From assembly GCA_038087875.1 (NCBI GenBank), contig JAXLNO010004189.1, forward strand, positions 62,001 to 94,978: DNA of 32,978 nt, given 5' to 3'. Below are positions 12,401-24,814 of this stretch, piece after piece. How positions within the stretch are numbered: the stretch's first letter is position 1; each line of letters starts with the position of its first letter. The stretch is from Malacoraja senta. Lineage: Eukaryota. The notes beneath the pieces are model-generated. The model was given only the letters and a program-made list of their open reading frames with translations, ran no database searches and was not told the origin of the DNA. Position numbers and translations under genes: made by a program.

Positions 12401-14985
12401 GATTTTTCTGGGGGAAGGAGTGTCCGGGGGGGGGGGGGGGGGGGGGGGGGGATGGGCGGGGTGACTGGCAATCACCGAGGTGCAGAGTTCAGTAGTGTAA
12501 CAGCCGCAGGGAAGAAGCTGTTCCTGAACCTGTAGGGATGGGAGGAGGGTTGCATAATATGCCTTGCATATTAATTGACCATATGTCTTGGCTTTACATT
12601 ACAAAACAAAGCCACTATTATACAGGGTGCAATCCAATGTGTTTACTTGGATTAAATGCCCATCAATTTTCAAAAATCTTATGCGCAATGGTCTAGCCGT
12701 CAAGCACATTCTACAGGCAACTATTATCAGGCAAAATCTCAAGAGCAGCACTTGTACCAAACCAGCCACATAAAATGAACATGATCACTGTACCACCAGT
12801 CACCGTGGATAATTTTATATTCTTATGGATGATAAGTTAATGCATTAGATCAGAAATGTTAAAGTACAAACAATCAAGACTTTTTGACCATCAAATAACC
12901 TAGCATTATGTAACATTTATTTGTGCTGAGTCTCAAATTAAATGCAGTGTTGAAACAACATATATTCTATCCAATAATGACTAGCTAATAGAATCTAAAA
13001 ACAGAAGACTGAAAGCATTCAATGGCTCAAGCTAAATTATTGGGACAAATGGTTGATGTCACAAATAGGGACAAGAACCTGCACCAGACCTGTTAGGGAA
13101 GAGGATGAATTGCCAATATATAGCAATCAGGGAGGGATAGGACAGAGGCTGGTAGCTTAAAAATAGAACCAAGTGGGGAGAGGATAATGGGTAGATGGAA
13201 ACAGGTTGGAGAGGAGGAGGAAGAGGTGAACAATAGGAGAATAAACTTTCCAAGTGAGACAGAGGTTCACTTGCAACTCTTTCAACCTTCTCTACTGCAT
13301 TCATTATTCACATTGTTGTCTTCTCTACTTTGGAGAAACTAGCTTAGATGTCAACCATTTTGTAGACCACATACGCTTTGAAGCATAGATCATCCTGAGA
13401 TCTGTTGTATGGTATTTTAACACCCCTTCCCACTCTCACATTGACCCGTCTGTCGTTAACCTTATGAACTGAAAATTGTAAGCAAAATACCTGATACTCC
13501 ACCTGGGTAGCTTCATGGTATATTAAGTTTTCACATATCAGCTTATCGACACCACTGGTGTTCATTTGCTCTCCCACAACCACCCCTACACCACCTTTGC
13601 TCCATCTGCCCATCACCCCCCCCCCCCACCAGATTTCACTTGCCACTTACCAACCTCTTCCCCATTCCTCCTTCAAACTGTTAGAATCTTCCCATCCTCT
13701 CTTTCAATTCTAATGCAGTGCCTTGACTTGAAATGCTGTTTTTTGCGGTTTGCCTCCACAGATTCTGTTTGACCAAGTACATCTACTGTCCTTTCTTTAG
13801 TCTATAATTCTTGATGGAAATATCCACAAAATCTCACTATCTATAATAGAAACCTTTTAATTGGTGATCTTATAGTGCTATCTAAAATCATGAGGGCGAT
13901 TGATCAGGGGAATGCACTGTTGCATTTACCCAGGGTAATCAAGAACCAGCAAAAACAGGTTTAAGGTGAGGAGGAAGATTTAGTAGGAACCTGACAGGCA
14001 ACCTTTTCCACTCAGAGGTTACTGGGTGTATGAAATGAGCTGACAGAGAAGGAAGAATAACAACATTGAAAAGACACTTGGACAGGTACATGGATAGAAC
14101 ATCTTGAGAGGAATGTGGGCCAAATGCTGGCAAATGCGACTAACTTAGATGTAGCATCTTGTTCAGCTTGGAGCATTAGGCTGAAGTACACATTTCCATG
14201 CTACATGGCTCCATCACTCTTTGTTAGGTGAACATAAATCTGGCAAATGGAGTTTAATAATGGAAAATATTTGCTTGCACACTTTGGTAAGAGCAATTCA
14301 AAGAAAGCTCTTTACACAACGCAGAAGGTGATTAGCATATTGGCGTTCAAAGTATGTTACTATTGTAATTATGGTGCATGATGTTGTTAAGGACATATCA
14401 GGAGCACTGTGTAGTTTGGTTCTCAGATTTAAGAAAGGATATATTAATATTGGATATCATCCAGAAGAGATTCCTGGAATAAGCAAGTGTTGCCTTATCA
14501 TGAATGGCTGAAATCATTGGCTCCGTATTCCTTTGAGTTGACAAAAATCAGAGTTAACCTTATGAAGGTATTTAAGAGCCATGGTGGGGTGGTGAATTGG
14601 TGGATAATGTGTGGCGGACAATGGAAACAAAGGGAGAAGACAGTTCCATGTAAAACAGATATTCAGCTGCACTGCGTCCAACCATGTCCACTGCATTCAG
14701 TGTACACAATGTGGCCTCTTCTACATTGGAGAACATAGCATAGACAGGTCAACCATTTTGCAGAGAAGCTACATTTTGACACAAAGGAGGTTAGAACATT
14801 GTAGATATTTAAAGAGAAATAGGATATATTCTAAAAGAACAGGGGATTGTATCCTATGTGGAAGAAGTACAGTAAAGGGGTTGAGGCCTCAGTCAGATCA
14901 GCTGTGATCAGCATAAATTGCAACATAGCGCTAATTTGTACAAATGCAGGACAGTCTGTTAAGAAATACTGTCATGTTTAGTAAA

Positions 14986-14991
14986 TTTAAT
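14986..14991 (-). terminator. Candidate poly(A) signal ATTAAA about 70 nt after the stop of the terminal exon (copy at 4696-4701)
   Basis: Plus-strand tttaat. It is the nearest hexamer I saw after the TAA. The context is AT-rich, so support is weak. Confidence 0.3.
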
Positions 14992-15061
14992 TTAACTATT
15001 TCCATATATTTCAGATCCTGCATTTCAATCACATCCATGAAATCTTCTATTCAGCGATAGG

Positions 15062-15102
15062 TTAGCAGTGCACGTTCTGGTTTGGTTGAATAGTTTGATA
15101 TT
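15062..15102 (-). CDS. Candidate terminal cytoplasmic-tail exon of the MHC class I-like gene: (E)YQTIQPNQNVHC*
   Basis: Pyrimidine-rich acceptor tttaatttccctcctcAG. Phase 1 matches the TM exon donor. It lies in non-repeat sequence and carries a YxxI motif right after the basic stop-transfer run. Confidence 0.6.
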
Positions 15103-18100
15103 CTGAGGAGGGAAATTAAATATTAGACAACTGTGAAATAGAAATTAGACAAAAGATGCAGGAGTAGTCCATTCGCAGAGCAGAGGACAGAGCTCAAAAT
15201 GATGCAACTAGTTTATTTGCTTCAACTGTTGATTCATCCCACATAACATCATCCTTCCAGATATAATGGCACAGCACCAGACATCTGGGTTGATTCTGAC
15301 TACGGGTGCTGTCTGTACGGAGTTTGTACCTTCTCCCTGTGACTGCACACGTTTTCTCAAAGTGCTCCAGTTTCCTCCCAGATTCCAAAAACAGACATGC
15401 AGGTTTGTAGGTTAATAGGCTAATGTCCCTAGCATGCGTGGGTGATCATTGGTTGGTGCGCACTCAGTGGGCTGAAGTGTCTGTTTCAACGCTATGTCTT
15501 TGAACTAAACTAAACAAAAAATATAATATTCCTCCAATTAGTTTAGTTCATACAAGTTCTATGTCATCCACACTAGGGTTAAATTACAGAGACCAATTAA
15601 CCCATAAACCCTGGCATCTTTGTGTGTATGTGTGTGGAAACTGGAGCACAGTGGAAACACATGGGAAAATATGCAAACTTCACACAGCCAACAACCGAGG
15701 TTAGGATTGAACCCATGTCTCTGACGCTCTGAGGCAGCAGCTCTCTCTGCTGCGCCACTCTGCCTTAATTTGCATCATGTTCAGCACAAACATTGGTGGC
15801 CGAAGGATCTGTTCTTCCACCATAAAATTCTGGGACATCAGCATAATAGTGTCACTGGAAGTACTCCATGCCTGACCATCAGATCCCACTCAAATTCCTC
15901 CCAATCAGTCGGACAGACACCATTTAGGCAGCATCTGCCTGCAAATGATTCATGTCCCTCCAGCCCCTGCATCCACGAAGCTGCACCCCAAACACCACCA
16001 TCCCTGGCAGTACATTCCAGGCACACATCACATAGTGTGTAATAAAAACTGCAGCTTCTATCATGCACAGAAAATTATCCTACTTAACTAAATCCCTAAT
16101 GTGGCCTTATAACATATTAGGCAATTAGTTAATTAGGATAATTTTAGTCAATTGGGAGGTGTGATTACAAATCTTGTACATATATCACACACAAAGTAAA
16201 ATATGACAAAGTCAAAATGGCCAGGCACAAAGAACAGAATAATCAGGAACATCAATAACATGAAATGTCCTCCTCACAGCACAACCTTCTCTGGCTGTCA
16301 AGGTACTGGATAAAAAAGTTGGGATGTTCTGCTACAGTTGTACAAGATGTTGGTGAGGCCACATTTGAAGTATTGTGTTAAGTTTTGGTCACTCCACTAT
16401 CAGAAGGATGTCATTAACAGGGCCTGTGATTCAGGGAGAGGATGAGAATGTTTGGACTTTAGTCCTTGGCATCCAAGAGGCTGAGGGGTGATCTTATAGA
16501 GGTTTATAAAATCAAGGAGCATAGATAGATTGAATGCACAGAATCTTTTAACCAGCCTTGTGTCATCAAGAACCAGAGGACTTAGGTTTAAGGTGAAGGA
16601 ATATTACTTACTCAAAACCAGAGGAAGTGGAAATCTGGAAGAACATTCGAGGGGAAGTTGTTGAGGCAGGGACTTAAAAAACATTTAGAACACACTTGGA
16701 CAGGTACATACTGTAGATAGGAAAGGTTCAGTGAGATATGGGTCAATTGCAGGTAAGTGGGGTCTAGTTTAAACATGGCATCTTGGTTGACATGGCCAAG
16801 TTGAGGCAAAGGGCCTGTTTCCATGACGTATGACTCTACGGCTCCGTGGGCTTGAAAAGTCAATTCCTTTCCGTTTCCCTGCTAAATGATAGTTTATCAC
16901 CCTCATTAATAGTGACCACAATGGCAAAACCATGACCATGACTGGTTTAGTGATAATAAGCTAAAACCTTTGCGTCAGTTCAAATATGCATGTCGTTGGT
17001 GTTCAATGACTAAATTGTTGCTGCATTCTTAGTTTTGGCAAGGTGAGAAATGGCTGTGTTCTGATTTGGGTGCTGGAGCTGTTGGACATCTTGATACCAT
17101 GAAAGCAGAACCTCAGTTTCAGGAAATATACTTGCTGAGTGGTGTCTCAGACCAGCAATGCCTGGGAACATTGTATTTTGAAGAGGAAATATTACACAAC
17201 CAAGGCCAAGTGCTCGAGAAAGCTGCACGTCTGTTATGTCAATGAAAACTCTGCTCTTCATCCATCTTGTCATTTTGATCACCCAGTTTTGTTTATAATA
17301 TTGTATCACTTTTGCAATAAATTCTCACAATTTATGACATTTACAGCTGGCGTGAAGATGCATCAGTCAATACCTTCTGACTTCCAATTTAGTTTATTTA
17401 ATAGAAAGATAGAAACATTAAAAATAGGTGCAGGAATAGGCTATTCGGCCCTTTGAGCCAGCACTGTCATTCAATACAATCATGGCTGATCATCCAAAAT
17501 CAGTACTCCGATCCGGCTTTTTCCCCATATCCCTTGATTCCTTTAGCCCCAAGAGCTAAATCTAACTCTCTCTTGAAAACAGTGATACAGTGTGTAAACA
17601 GGCCATTTGTGCCACCAAATCCATACTAACCAGCAATCGCCCATTCATAATAGATTCCCATCCACTCCCTACACTGTCAGGGTGATTTACCGAGGCTGAT
17701 TACCTTCAAACCCGCTCATCTTTGGGATATGGGAGGAAACCGGAGCTCCCTGAGGAAGCCAACATAGTCACAAGGAGAATGTGAAAACCCCACGTAGACA
17801 GTACCCGAGGTCCAGATTGAACCTGGGTCTCTGGCGTTGTGAGGCAGCAGTTCTACCAGCTGCACTACCATGCTGCATTACGTACAAACTCTAAATCCTA
17901 CACTGACTTTCCCTTCCACTAGTTATATTCAACACAATAACTCCTTTACACAGGAGGAAAGTGAACTGCAATTCATCACCAGAATATACCTTACAACAGT
18001 GTGATCACAGGCAAGAAACCAGTGATATAGATGACTGAATTTACACTAAAACCCTGATCATCCAGCTCTCTTGGGATTTGGGAAATGGTAGATTTTAAGG

Positions 18101-19705
18101 ACTGCTGCATGTTACTCCAAACATACTTTAATTTAACTAATTTAAGCACTTGTTAAGCAAGTCAGTGGTTGAGGTGCATCTGTACACTACTATCAGACTT
18201 AAGTGGAGGAATAACCATTGTAATTTGCCTGAGGAGTCTCGAACCAGATTGTCACCTATCCATGGTCTCCAGGGATGTTGCCTGACCTGCTGAGTTACTA
18301 TAGCACTGTCCCTCACAGTCTTTCCCAATCTTATAAATAAAAAATAGTCAGCACATTTCTACATCATAAAGAGTCATGGAAATATGCAGCATACAAACAT
18401 GGCCTTTGTCCCACTGACCATTCATGTACACTAATCCTACATTTGCCCCACATTCTCAGCAGCTCCCCCCACATTGTATCATGCACAATCTAGGGGACAA
18501 CTAACCTACCAAACAATGTTTTGGTGATGTGGGAGGAAACCAGAGCACCTGGGGAAACCCGCATGGTAACAGGAACAACATGCAAACTCTACAGATACAA
18601 CAGCTGATGTCGGTATTTAATTCAGGTCTCTGACTCTGTGCTGCCCTGTTTCACATTGTAGTCCACCTGTCATGTTGTTGCTCATTCATTCGACTTTCCG
18701 CCTTGAACCATTTCTCCCACTACTCACATTCCCACTTTATTTTGAGTTTTCCAGCAACAGCGGCCTTGGTGGCAGCTACTGTGTGCAGCGGTAGAGTTGC
18801 TGCCTTACAGCGCTTACAGCACCGGAGACCCGGGTTCGATCCCGACTACTGATGCTGTCTGTACAGAGTTTGTACGTTCTCCCCATGACCGCGTGTGTTT
18901 TCTCCAAGATCTAAGGTTTCCTCCTACACTCCAAAGACTTACAGGTATGTAGGTTAATTGGCTTGGTGTGCATGTATAGGATAGTGTTAATGTGCGGGAA
19001 TCACTGGTCAGCGCAGACTCGATGGGCCGAAGGGCCTGTTTTGTCACTGTATCTCTAAATTAAACTAAACAAAACTAGTAAATGTTAAACTGCAACCAAA
19101 CTGCCTCGTAGCTGACTTGGATCATGAACAATGCGAGCCCCCAACAGAGCAGCACAGTGTCACAACTCGTAGAGCAGCTGCCTCATAGCGACACAGACCC
19201 GGGTTCAATTTTGACCTCGAGTGCCATCTGTGTGGAGTTTGCACGTTCTCCGTGTAACCTCATTGGATCCCTCCAGGGGCTCCGGTTTCCTCACACATCC
19301 TAAGATGTGTCAGTTTATAGTTTAATTGGCCACTGTAAATTTCCCCTAGTGGGTGGGTGACTGGATGAGAAGGTGCAATGAGATAGAATTCATGAGAACA
19401 GGTGGTTGGTGGTTGGCATGGACACGGTGGGCCAAAAGGACTGCTTGCATGCTGTACTTTTTAATGATATCTCTAGGATTTGTTGCAGTGAATCCATAAT
19501 GTCTACCTATTTATTTTACTTTGAATTCACAATTTTCAAATATCTGATTATCAGAAACATTTAACACCAGCACAAAGGCTAGTTGACAGTGGTGACTGTC
19601 GAGGCATTTCAGGTGTAGCTGTTGCCTTATCCTACTTGAGATCGATCATTTCTTCAAGCCCAATACCTTTACTAGCAACAGTTCATCACAATTTTTCCAT
19701 CTTAC

Positions 19706-19813
19706 CTCTCCTCTTTTTTCTCCACCAAACAATTACTGCCAAGACAATAGCCAGCGATATCAGCACACACATGGCAATAAGGCCTATGTGCCTGTCTTTC
19801 TTCCCATTTCCTT
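19706..19813 (-). CDS. Connecting peptide and transmembrane exon of the MHC class I-like gene: (E)GNGKKDRHIGLIAMCVLISLAIVLAVIVWWRKKRR
   Basis: Acceptor ttgcattcttatttttcAG and donor G|GTAAGA. 108 nt, phase 1-1. A 23-aa hydrophobic stretch is followed by RKKRR. In frame with the alpha3 exon. Confidence 0.87.
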
Positions 19814-19894
19814 CTGAAAAATAAGAATGCAAAATTTTACAAATCAATTGTTAAGCTGTGCAGCTAAATAGATGGGCACTGTCTGAAGACTTCA

Positions 19895-19990
19895 GAGTGA
19901 AGAAGGGTCTCGACCAGAAATGCCACCTATTCCTTTTCTCCAGAAATGCTACCTGACCGCTGAGTTACTCCAGCATTTTGTGTCTATCTT
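19895..19990 (+). mobile_element. Penelope-like pLTR remnant with a degenerate minimal hammerhead core
   Basis: gtgaagaagggtctcgaccagaaatgccacc resembles CTGANGA-stem II-GAAACGTC. It is followed by tccttttctccaga...gctgagttactccagc. Confidence 0.55.
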
Positions 19991-20387
19991 TGGCGCTTTT
20001 CAAGGTATACAAAATGATATGGTGTTTTGAATCACGGAGATCTGCAGCATGGCAAAGGGACAATATCTGCTCTGTACAACTATCATCTATGGCACCATCA
20101 CAGCCACAACTTAATTCAAGAAAGAAGGTGAATTGAAAGCAGAAAGCTTTAACCCTATATAAACTAACATCTGTTGTGGGGAAAATGCTGGATTCCTTTC
20201 AGTAATGGCAGAACATTTAAGTAATAACAAAACAATAAAGTGCATTAACAGGAAAATTGTAGAATGAAAGAGATGCAGATACTGATTTACACAAAAGCTT
20301 TAGTTTAGTTTATTGTCACGAGTACTGAGGTACAGTGAAAAGCTTTTGTTACGTGCTAACCAGTCAGTGGAAAGAATATACATGATA

Positions 20388-20535
20388 GACACAAAATGCT
20401 AGAGTAACTCAGCGGAAAAGGCAACATCTCTGGCGAACATGGACTCAGTCAGAAGGATCGTGACCCAAAACATCACCTATTCCTTTTCTCCAGAGATGCT
20501 GCCTGACCAGCTGAGTTATTCCAGCAATTTGTGTC
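20388..20535. repeat. Inverted pair of Penelope-like pLTR remnants (46-bp arms)
   Basis: 20388-20433 and 20490-20535 are reverse complements with about 8 mismatches. Confidence 0.75.
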
Positions 20536-21479
20536 CATCTTCAGTGTAAACCAGCATTTGCAGTTTCTCCCTACACATGGACAGGTGACATTTTGTTTAC
20601 GGACCCTTCTTCAAACTTTGTTTGAGAAATTGATTTGAATTCTTTGAAAATGCAACAGGAACCCGTAGACAATGTATATTCGAGCAGCAGGTGTGTACAC
20701 CCTAAAATTCAAAAGCAAAATGATGGAAAAGCAGAATAGGTACCAAAATTGGAATGAGAAACAAAAGAAATACAATATATTGTAGAGATCCAAGCGTCGT
20801 GAACAAATCAATGTTTTTTTTAAGAAATAGTTTTGGCACACTCACGTTTAGTAAGGACTTGAGCAAAGTTCCTGCCGTTGTAATCGGGCACACAAGTTGA
20901 CTGGCGATTAACTCATCACCAACTCCCACCAAAACCCTGTCACGTGATAGTCCCAGCTCCCCTGACGAGGGTTCTAGCAATAAGTGGCCTGACCACCAGA
21001 TGTCGCCAGAATATCTGGATTTTCATAAGATATCTGATCAAGTGATGCAAAGGCACATGGCTTATGACATTGGGGGTAATAATTAGCATGAATGGAAAAA
21101 CAATTAAGAGCAAGCAGAGAGTTGTCTTAAAGGAGTGTTCAGGTTCGGAAACTGCAACTGCAGGTTGGGAATCAAGGCAAGAAAGTGAACTACTTATCGT
21201 TAGTATTAAGAGCGGATGAAGGGACTGGTGGCGCTGTAGCCTAGATTGCTGATGATACATAGATAGGTTGAAAATTAAGTTCTGGAGTATGTCAACAGTC
21301 TTCAGAGTGAAACATCAGATTCCTTAATTGTGCATTGTTCGAGGGAATCTTCAAAAGTGAGCATTTGTGTAGGTTCGTGCAGCATACCTCAAATCAAACT
21401 ACTACGATCGCTGTTTGTCAGGCAGTTATATTTTTCGTTGCTGAATCTGTAACTTGCGTCAGGGAACTTACTTCATTAG

Positions 21480-22140
21480 GTTTAGTTTTATTAATGTCAG
21501 ATGTTTCAAGATAGTGCAAAGGTTTGTTTTGTATGCTATCCAAACAAATTAGATAACACTATACATAAATTAAAAAACTCAAAAACAATAGATAGAGCAA
21601 AGAGGAGGATACAGATTACAGAATATAGTTCTCAGCATTGTAACGCATCAGTTCCATGGACAATGTTCAATGTTCAATGAGGCTGAGGTGAATCGGGCAT
21701 TAAACCTACATTATGGAAGGACCCTTCCGAAGCCTGTTAACAGGTGGAAAGGGGGTGTTCCTGAGTCTGGCAGTGCTTATTTTCAACTTTCAGTACCTAT
21801 TGCCTGATGGGAGCAGGAAGGAGGAATGACCGGGGTCGGATAAGTCTTGTTTTCCAAGGCAACCTGGTGTAGACTGAATCAATAGTGGGAAGTCTGGGCT
21901 GTGTGATGATCTTTAACTCTTTGTATATTCTTGCAGTCTTGGGCAGTGCAGTTCCCAAATCAAGATGTGATGCAACCCAACAACATGCTTTCTCTAGCAG
22001 CATCTATAGATGTTTGCTGGAGTCACCAGAGACATGATGAATATCCTCAGTCTCCTGAGGAAGTAGAGGTGTTGGTGTGCCTCCTTGGCTATGTGGCCAG
22101 TCCATGACCGAATATTGGATAAATTCACAATTCAATCATT
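21480..22140 (-). mobile_element. Rex1/Babar-like LINE, decayed C-terminus and 3' UTR
   Basis: Minus-strand ITQPRLPTIDSVYT...FLLPAPIRQ parallels the C-terminal frame of the copy at 23000-23330. It has a tttagttttatt tail. Confidence 0.65.
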
Positions 22141-22274
22141 TCTACTTCGGACCATTGATTCGGATTGGGGCATGTACTCCCCCAGTGCCTTGCTGTTAAT
22201 CACATCATGAGGAAAGATTCATGATTTATTTAAACATACCTTTCATGGATATCAGTTCCACCACTGAGAATCCA

Positions 22275-23608
22275 GACTTTGACCCCCACCAATTCGCCTA
22301 TCGCCCAAACAGATCCACAGAAGATGCCATCACCGTAGCTCTCCACTCTGTGCTGAGCCACCTGGAGCAGGGGCAGATGCTCTTTGTGGATTACAGCTCA
22401 GCTTTCAATACTATCATTCCGGACATTCTCATTGACAAACTGGTCACTCTTGGCCTCCCCACTCTCACATGTGCCTGGATAAAGGACTTCCTCACCAACC
22501 GGCCCCAGACTGTGAGACTCGGCCCCCACCTCTCCTCCACTCGCATGTTGAGTACCGGCTCCCCACAGGGCTGTGTGCTAATCCCCCTCCTATACTGTCT
22601 CTACACCCACGACTGTAGTCCGGCCCACAACAACAACCGTATCGTCAAGTTTGCTGACGACACTACAGTAGTCGGACTCATCTCAAGGGGAGACGAGGAA
22701 GCCTATAGAGAGGAAGTCCTGAAGTTGACAGCCTGGTGCTCAGAAAACAACTTGGCTCTGAACACCAAGAAAACAAAAGAGCTCATTGTCGACTTCAGGA
22801 GGCACAGCACCGACTTAGCCCCCCTATACGTCAACGGCGAGTGTGTGGAGAGGGTCTACACCTTCCGGTTCCTCGGCGTCCTCATTTCCGCTGAATCTCC
22901 TGGACAGACAACATCACAGCGGTCATCAAGAAGGCCCAGCAGCGGCTGCACTTCCTGATGGTCCTCAGGAAGCGCAACCTGGACTCCAACCTGCTGCTGA
23001 CCTTCTACCGTCGTCCATTGAGAGCCTGCTGACATACTGCATTACAGCATGGTACGGCAGCTGCACCATGGCAGACAGAGAGAGGCTTCAGAGGGTAGTT
23101 AGGGCAGCACAGAAGATCATTGGCTGCCCTCTCCCCTCCCTGATGGACATTTACACCTCCTGCTGCCTCAGCAGGGCGAAGAACATCATCAAGGACAGCT
23201 CCCATCCTGCGTTTGGCCTGTTTGACCTGTTGCCCTCAGGGAGGCGCTATAGGTGCATCAGAACAAGGACAAATAGACTCAAGAACAGTTGCTTTCCAAA
23301 AGCCATAACCTCTCTGAACTCACACATGCACTGACTTCACAGCTTAACCCTCGGACTTCCACTGTAATTTTTAATATGTGCAATAACCCATACTGTATAT
23401 AGGAATCCTATTTATTCACTCTATTCACCCATTGTCTTTATATAGATATGTATATAGCGCCGCAGAACTGTGCACCTTATCCCCCCCCCTGTTTTGTTTT
23501 TTGTTTTTTGAACTAATTACATGTCTGCACTGAGTACGAGCTGCTTTTAATCTCATTGTACATGTATATAGCGACAATAAAATGGCATTTCATTTTCATT
23601 TTCATTTC
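22275..23608 (+). mobile_element. Rex1/Babar-clade non-LTR retrotransposon, 5'-truncated, RT with frameshifts
   Basis: [36 protein letters not shown] and [12 protein letters not shown], with C-terminal LFDLLPSGRRYR. Frameshifts at about 22900-23010. Ends aataaaatgg(catttt)n. Confidence 0.93.
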
Positions 23609-23648
23609 AAATACTCCTTCCTTGTATATTAGTTATTTATTTACTTAC

Positions 23649-23730
23649 TTTTAGTAAATTTTCTGTTGACAAAGTCTTCTGCTCATGTGGAGAGTGGGTG
23701 CTGATTACGTGATTGATTAGAGTAACACCA
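23649..23730 (-). other. Candidate alternative exon after alpha3, in-frame stop after 4 codons (VVLL*)
   Basis: Acceptor ctttctttgtttAG and donor AA|GTAAGT. In phase 1 it reads (G)TG GTG TTA CTC TAA. AATAAA at 23641-23636. Confidence 0.4.
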
Positions 23731-23771
23731 CTAAACAAAGAAAGTTTCAGCATCTTGGAATATGGGATGTA

Positions 23772-24814
23772 GTAGCAATGTCACAAAATTTTGAGATTTT
23801 AAAAATCAAGTCTGTAATTTATCCCATCAGATAAAGCATAAAAATAAGTTTAATTTGACACCTAATTCACTTTCATATCTTCAGTATTAAAAAAGTTTGG
23901 CCATTTTCATACTCAGAAATTTGCATCTTGTTCCCTATTGCTTTTCCATTGACTTAACACAAAAGCTGTGATCAAGGACAGTCAAAAGGCCATAACTTTC
24001 TTAAAAATTAAGAGAACTTAATGACATTTTCAGTTATTATAGATTGAAGCATTCTGAAACAAATATGAAACAATCTTACTTGAATGACCTGAAATTAAAG
24101 CATATTATTAGTTAGTTACCCAATTGTAGCTAATTACAAAATTCAATTACTAGATCTAAATATCTATCCATTTCTTAAGAAAAAGTTAACATTTTTAAAT
24201 AGCCTGTGTCCAAATAACATTCACACAAGAATTCACAATATAACATTATTTTTAAATCTCATTGTCATTAATTTATAGGCCAAATGGAAGGAATTACGTG
24301 TTTAATTCCTGTAAATTAATGGCCATTTAAATCATCTTGCGAATGGGATTTTGTGGAACGCGCTGGTTTGGAACGCTGCGGTAGCACTGAATTAAACCCC
24401 AATATCGGCAGGAAAAATACTGCTGGTTGGTATATTTAAATAATCACATTTTCGCAACTTGAAAGTATTATTAAAGGCATCGTAAGAAGCAAGTTTATAT
24501 GAAAAAAAAATGGTGTACCTTGCCTGGTCCCGTGCGTGAAATCCATCCCCGTTGTCGGCGTTTACGGCATTTGAAGATGATTTTAATTTTACTCCAACAA
24601 TTAAATTATAAAGCGCTAATATTAATAAACTTAATAAAACAGCAGTCAAAGCGATTTTTCTTCATCAACTATTTAGCCTGTTCAAGATCGTTTAGAACTG
24701 GCTGCCGAAATATCGGATTTTAAACCTGCACCCCTCTCAAAGGCGCCAAAGTCGCGCACACGGGCAGTGACAGAACTGCAGCGCCGCTGAAGGTAAGTTT
24801 TGTAACATACCTAC
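23772..24814. mobile_element. Non-autonomous DNA transposon (~1.04 kb) with imperfect TIRs
   Basis: Left GTAGCAATGTCACAAAATTT versus reverse complement of right GTAGGTATGTTACAAAACTT (16/20). Flanked by ATGTA at 23767-23771 and 24815-24819. No transposase ORF. Confidence 0.8.

Larger units (their letters stand above)
9478..19769. repeat. Tandem segmental duplication, copy 2 (unit ~10.29 kb)
   Basis: 10292-19769 matches 1-9477. 9478-10291 is inferred to be the start of the unit, whose copy-1 counterpart would lie left of the window. Confidence 0.93.

Noticed and set aside
20840-20920. Minus-strand CVPDYNGRNFAQVLTK before a GTGAGT donor, resembling alpha2 YDGRDF
   Set aside because: There is an in-frame stop a few codons upstream and no convincing acceptor. 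It is also on the wrong side of alpha3 and ends too soon for alpha2.
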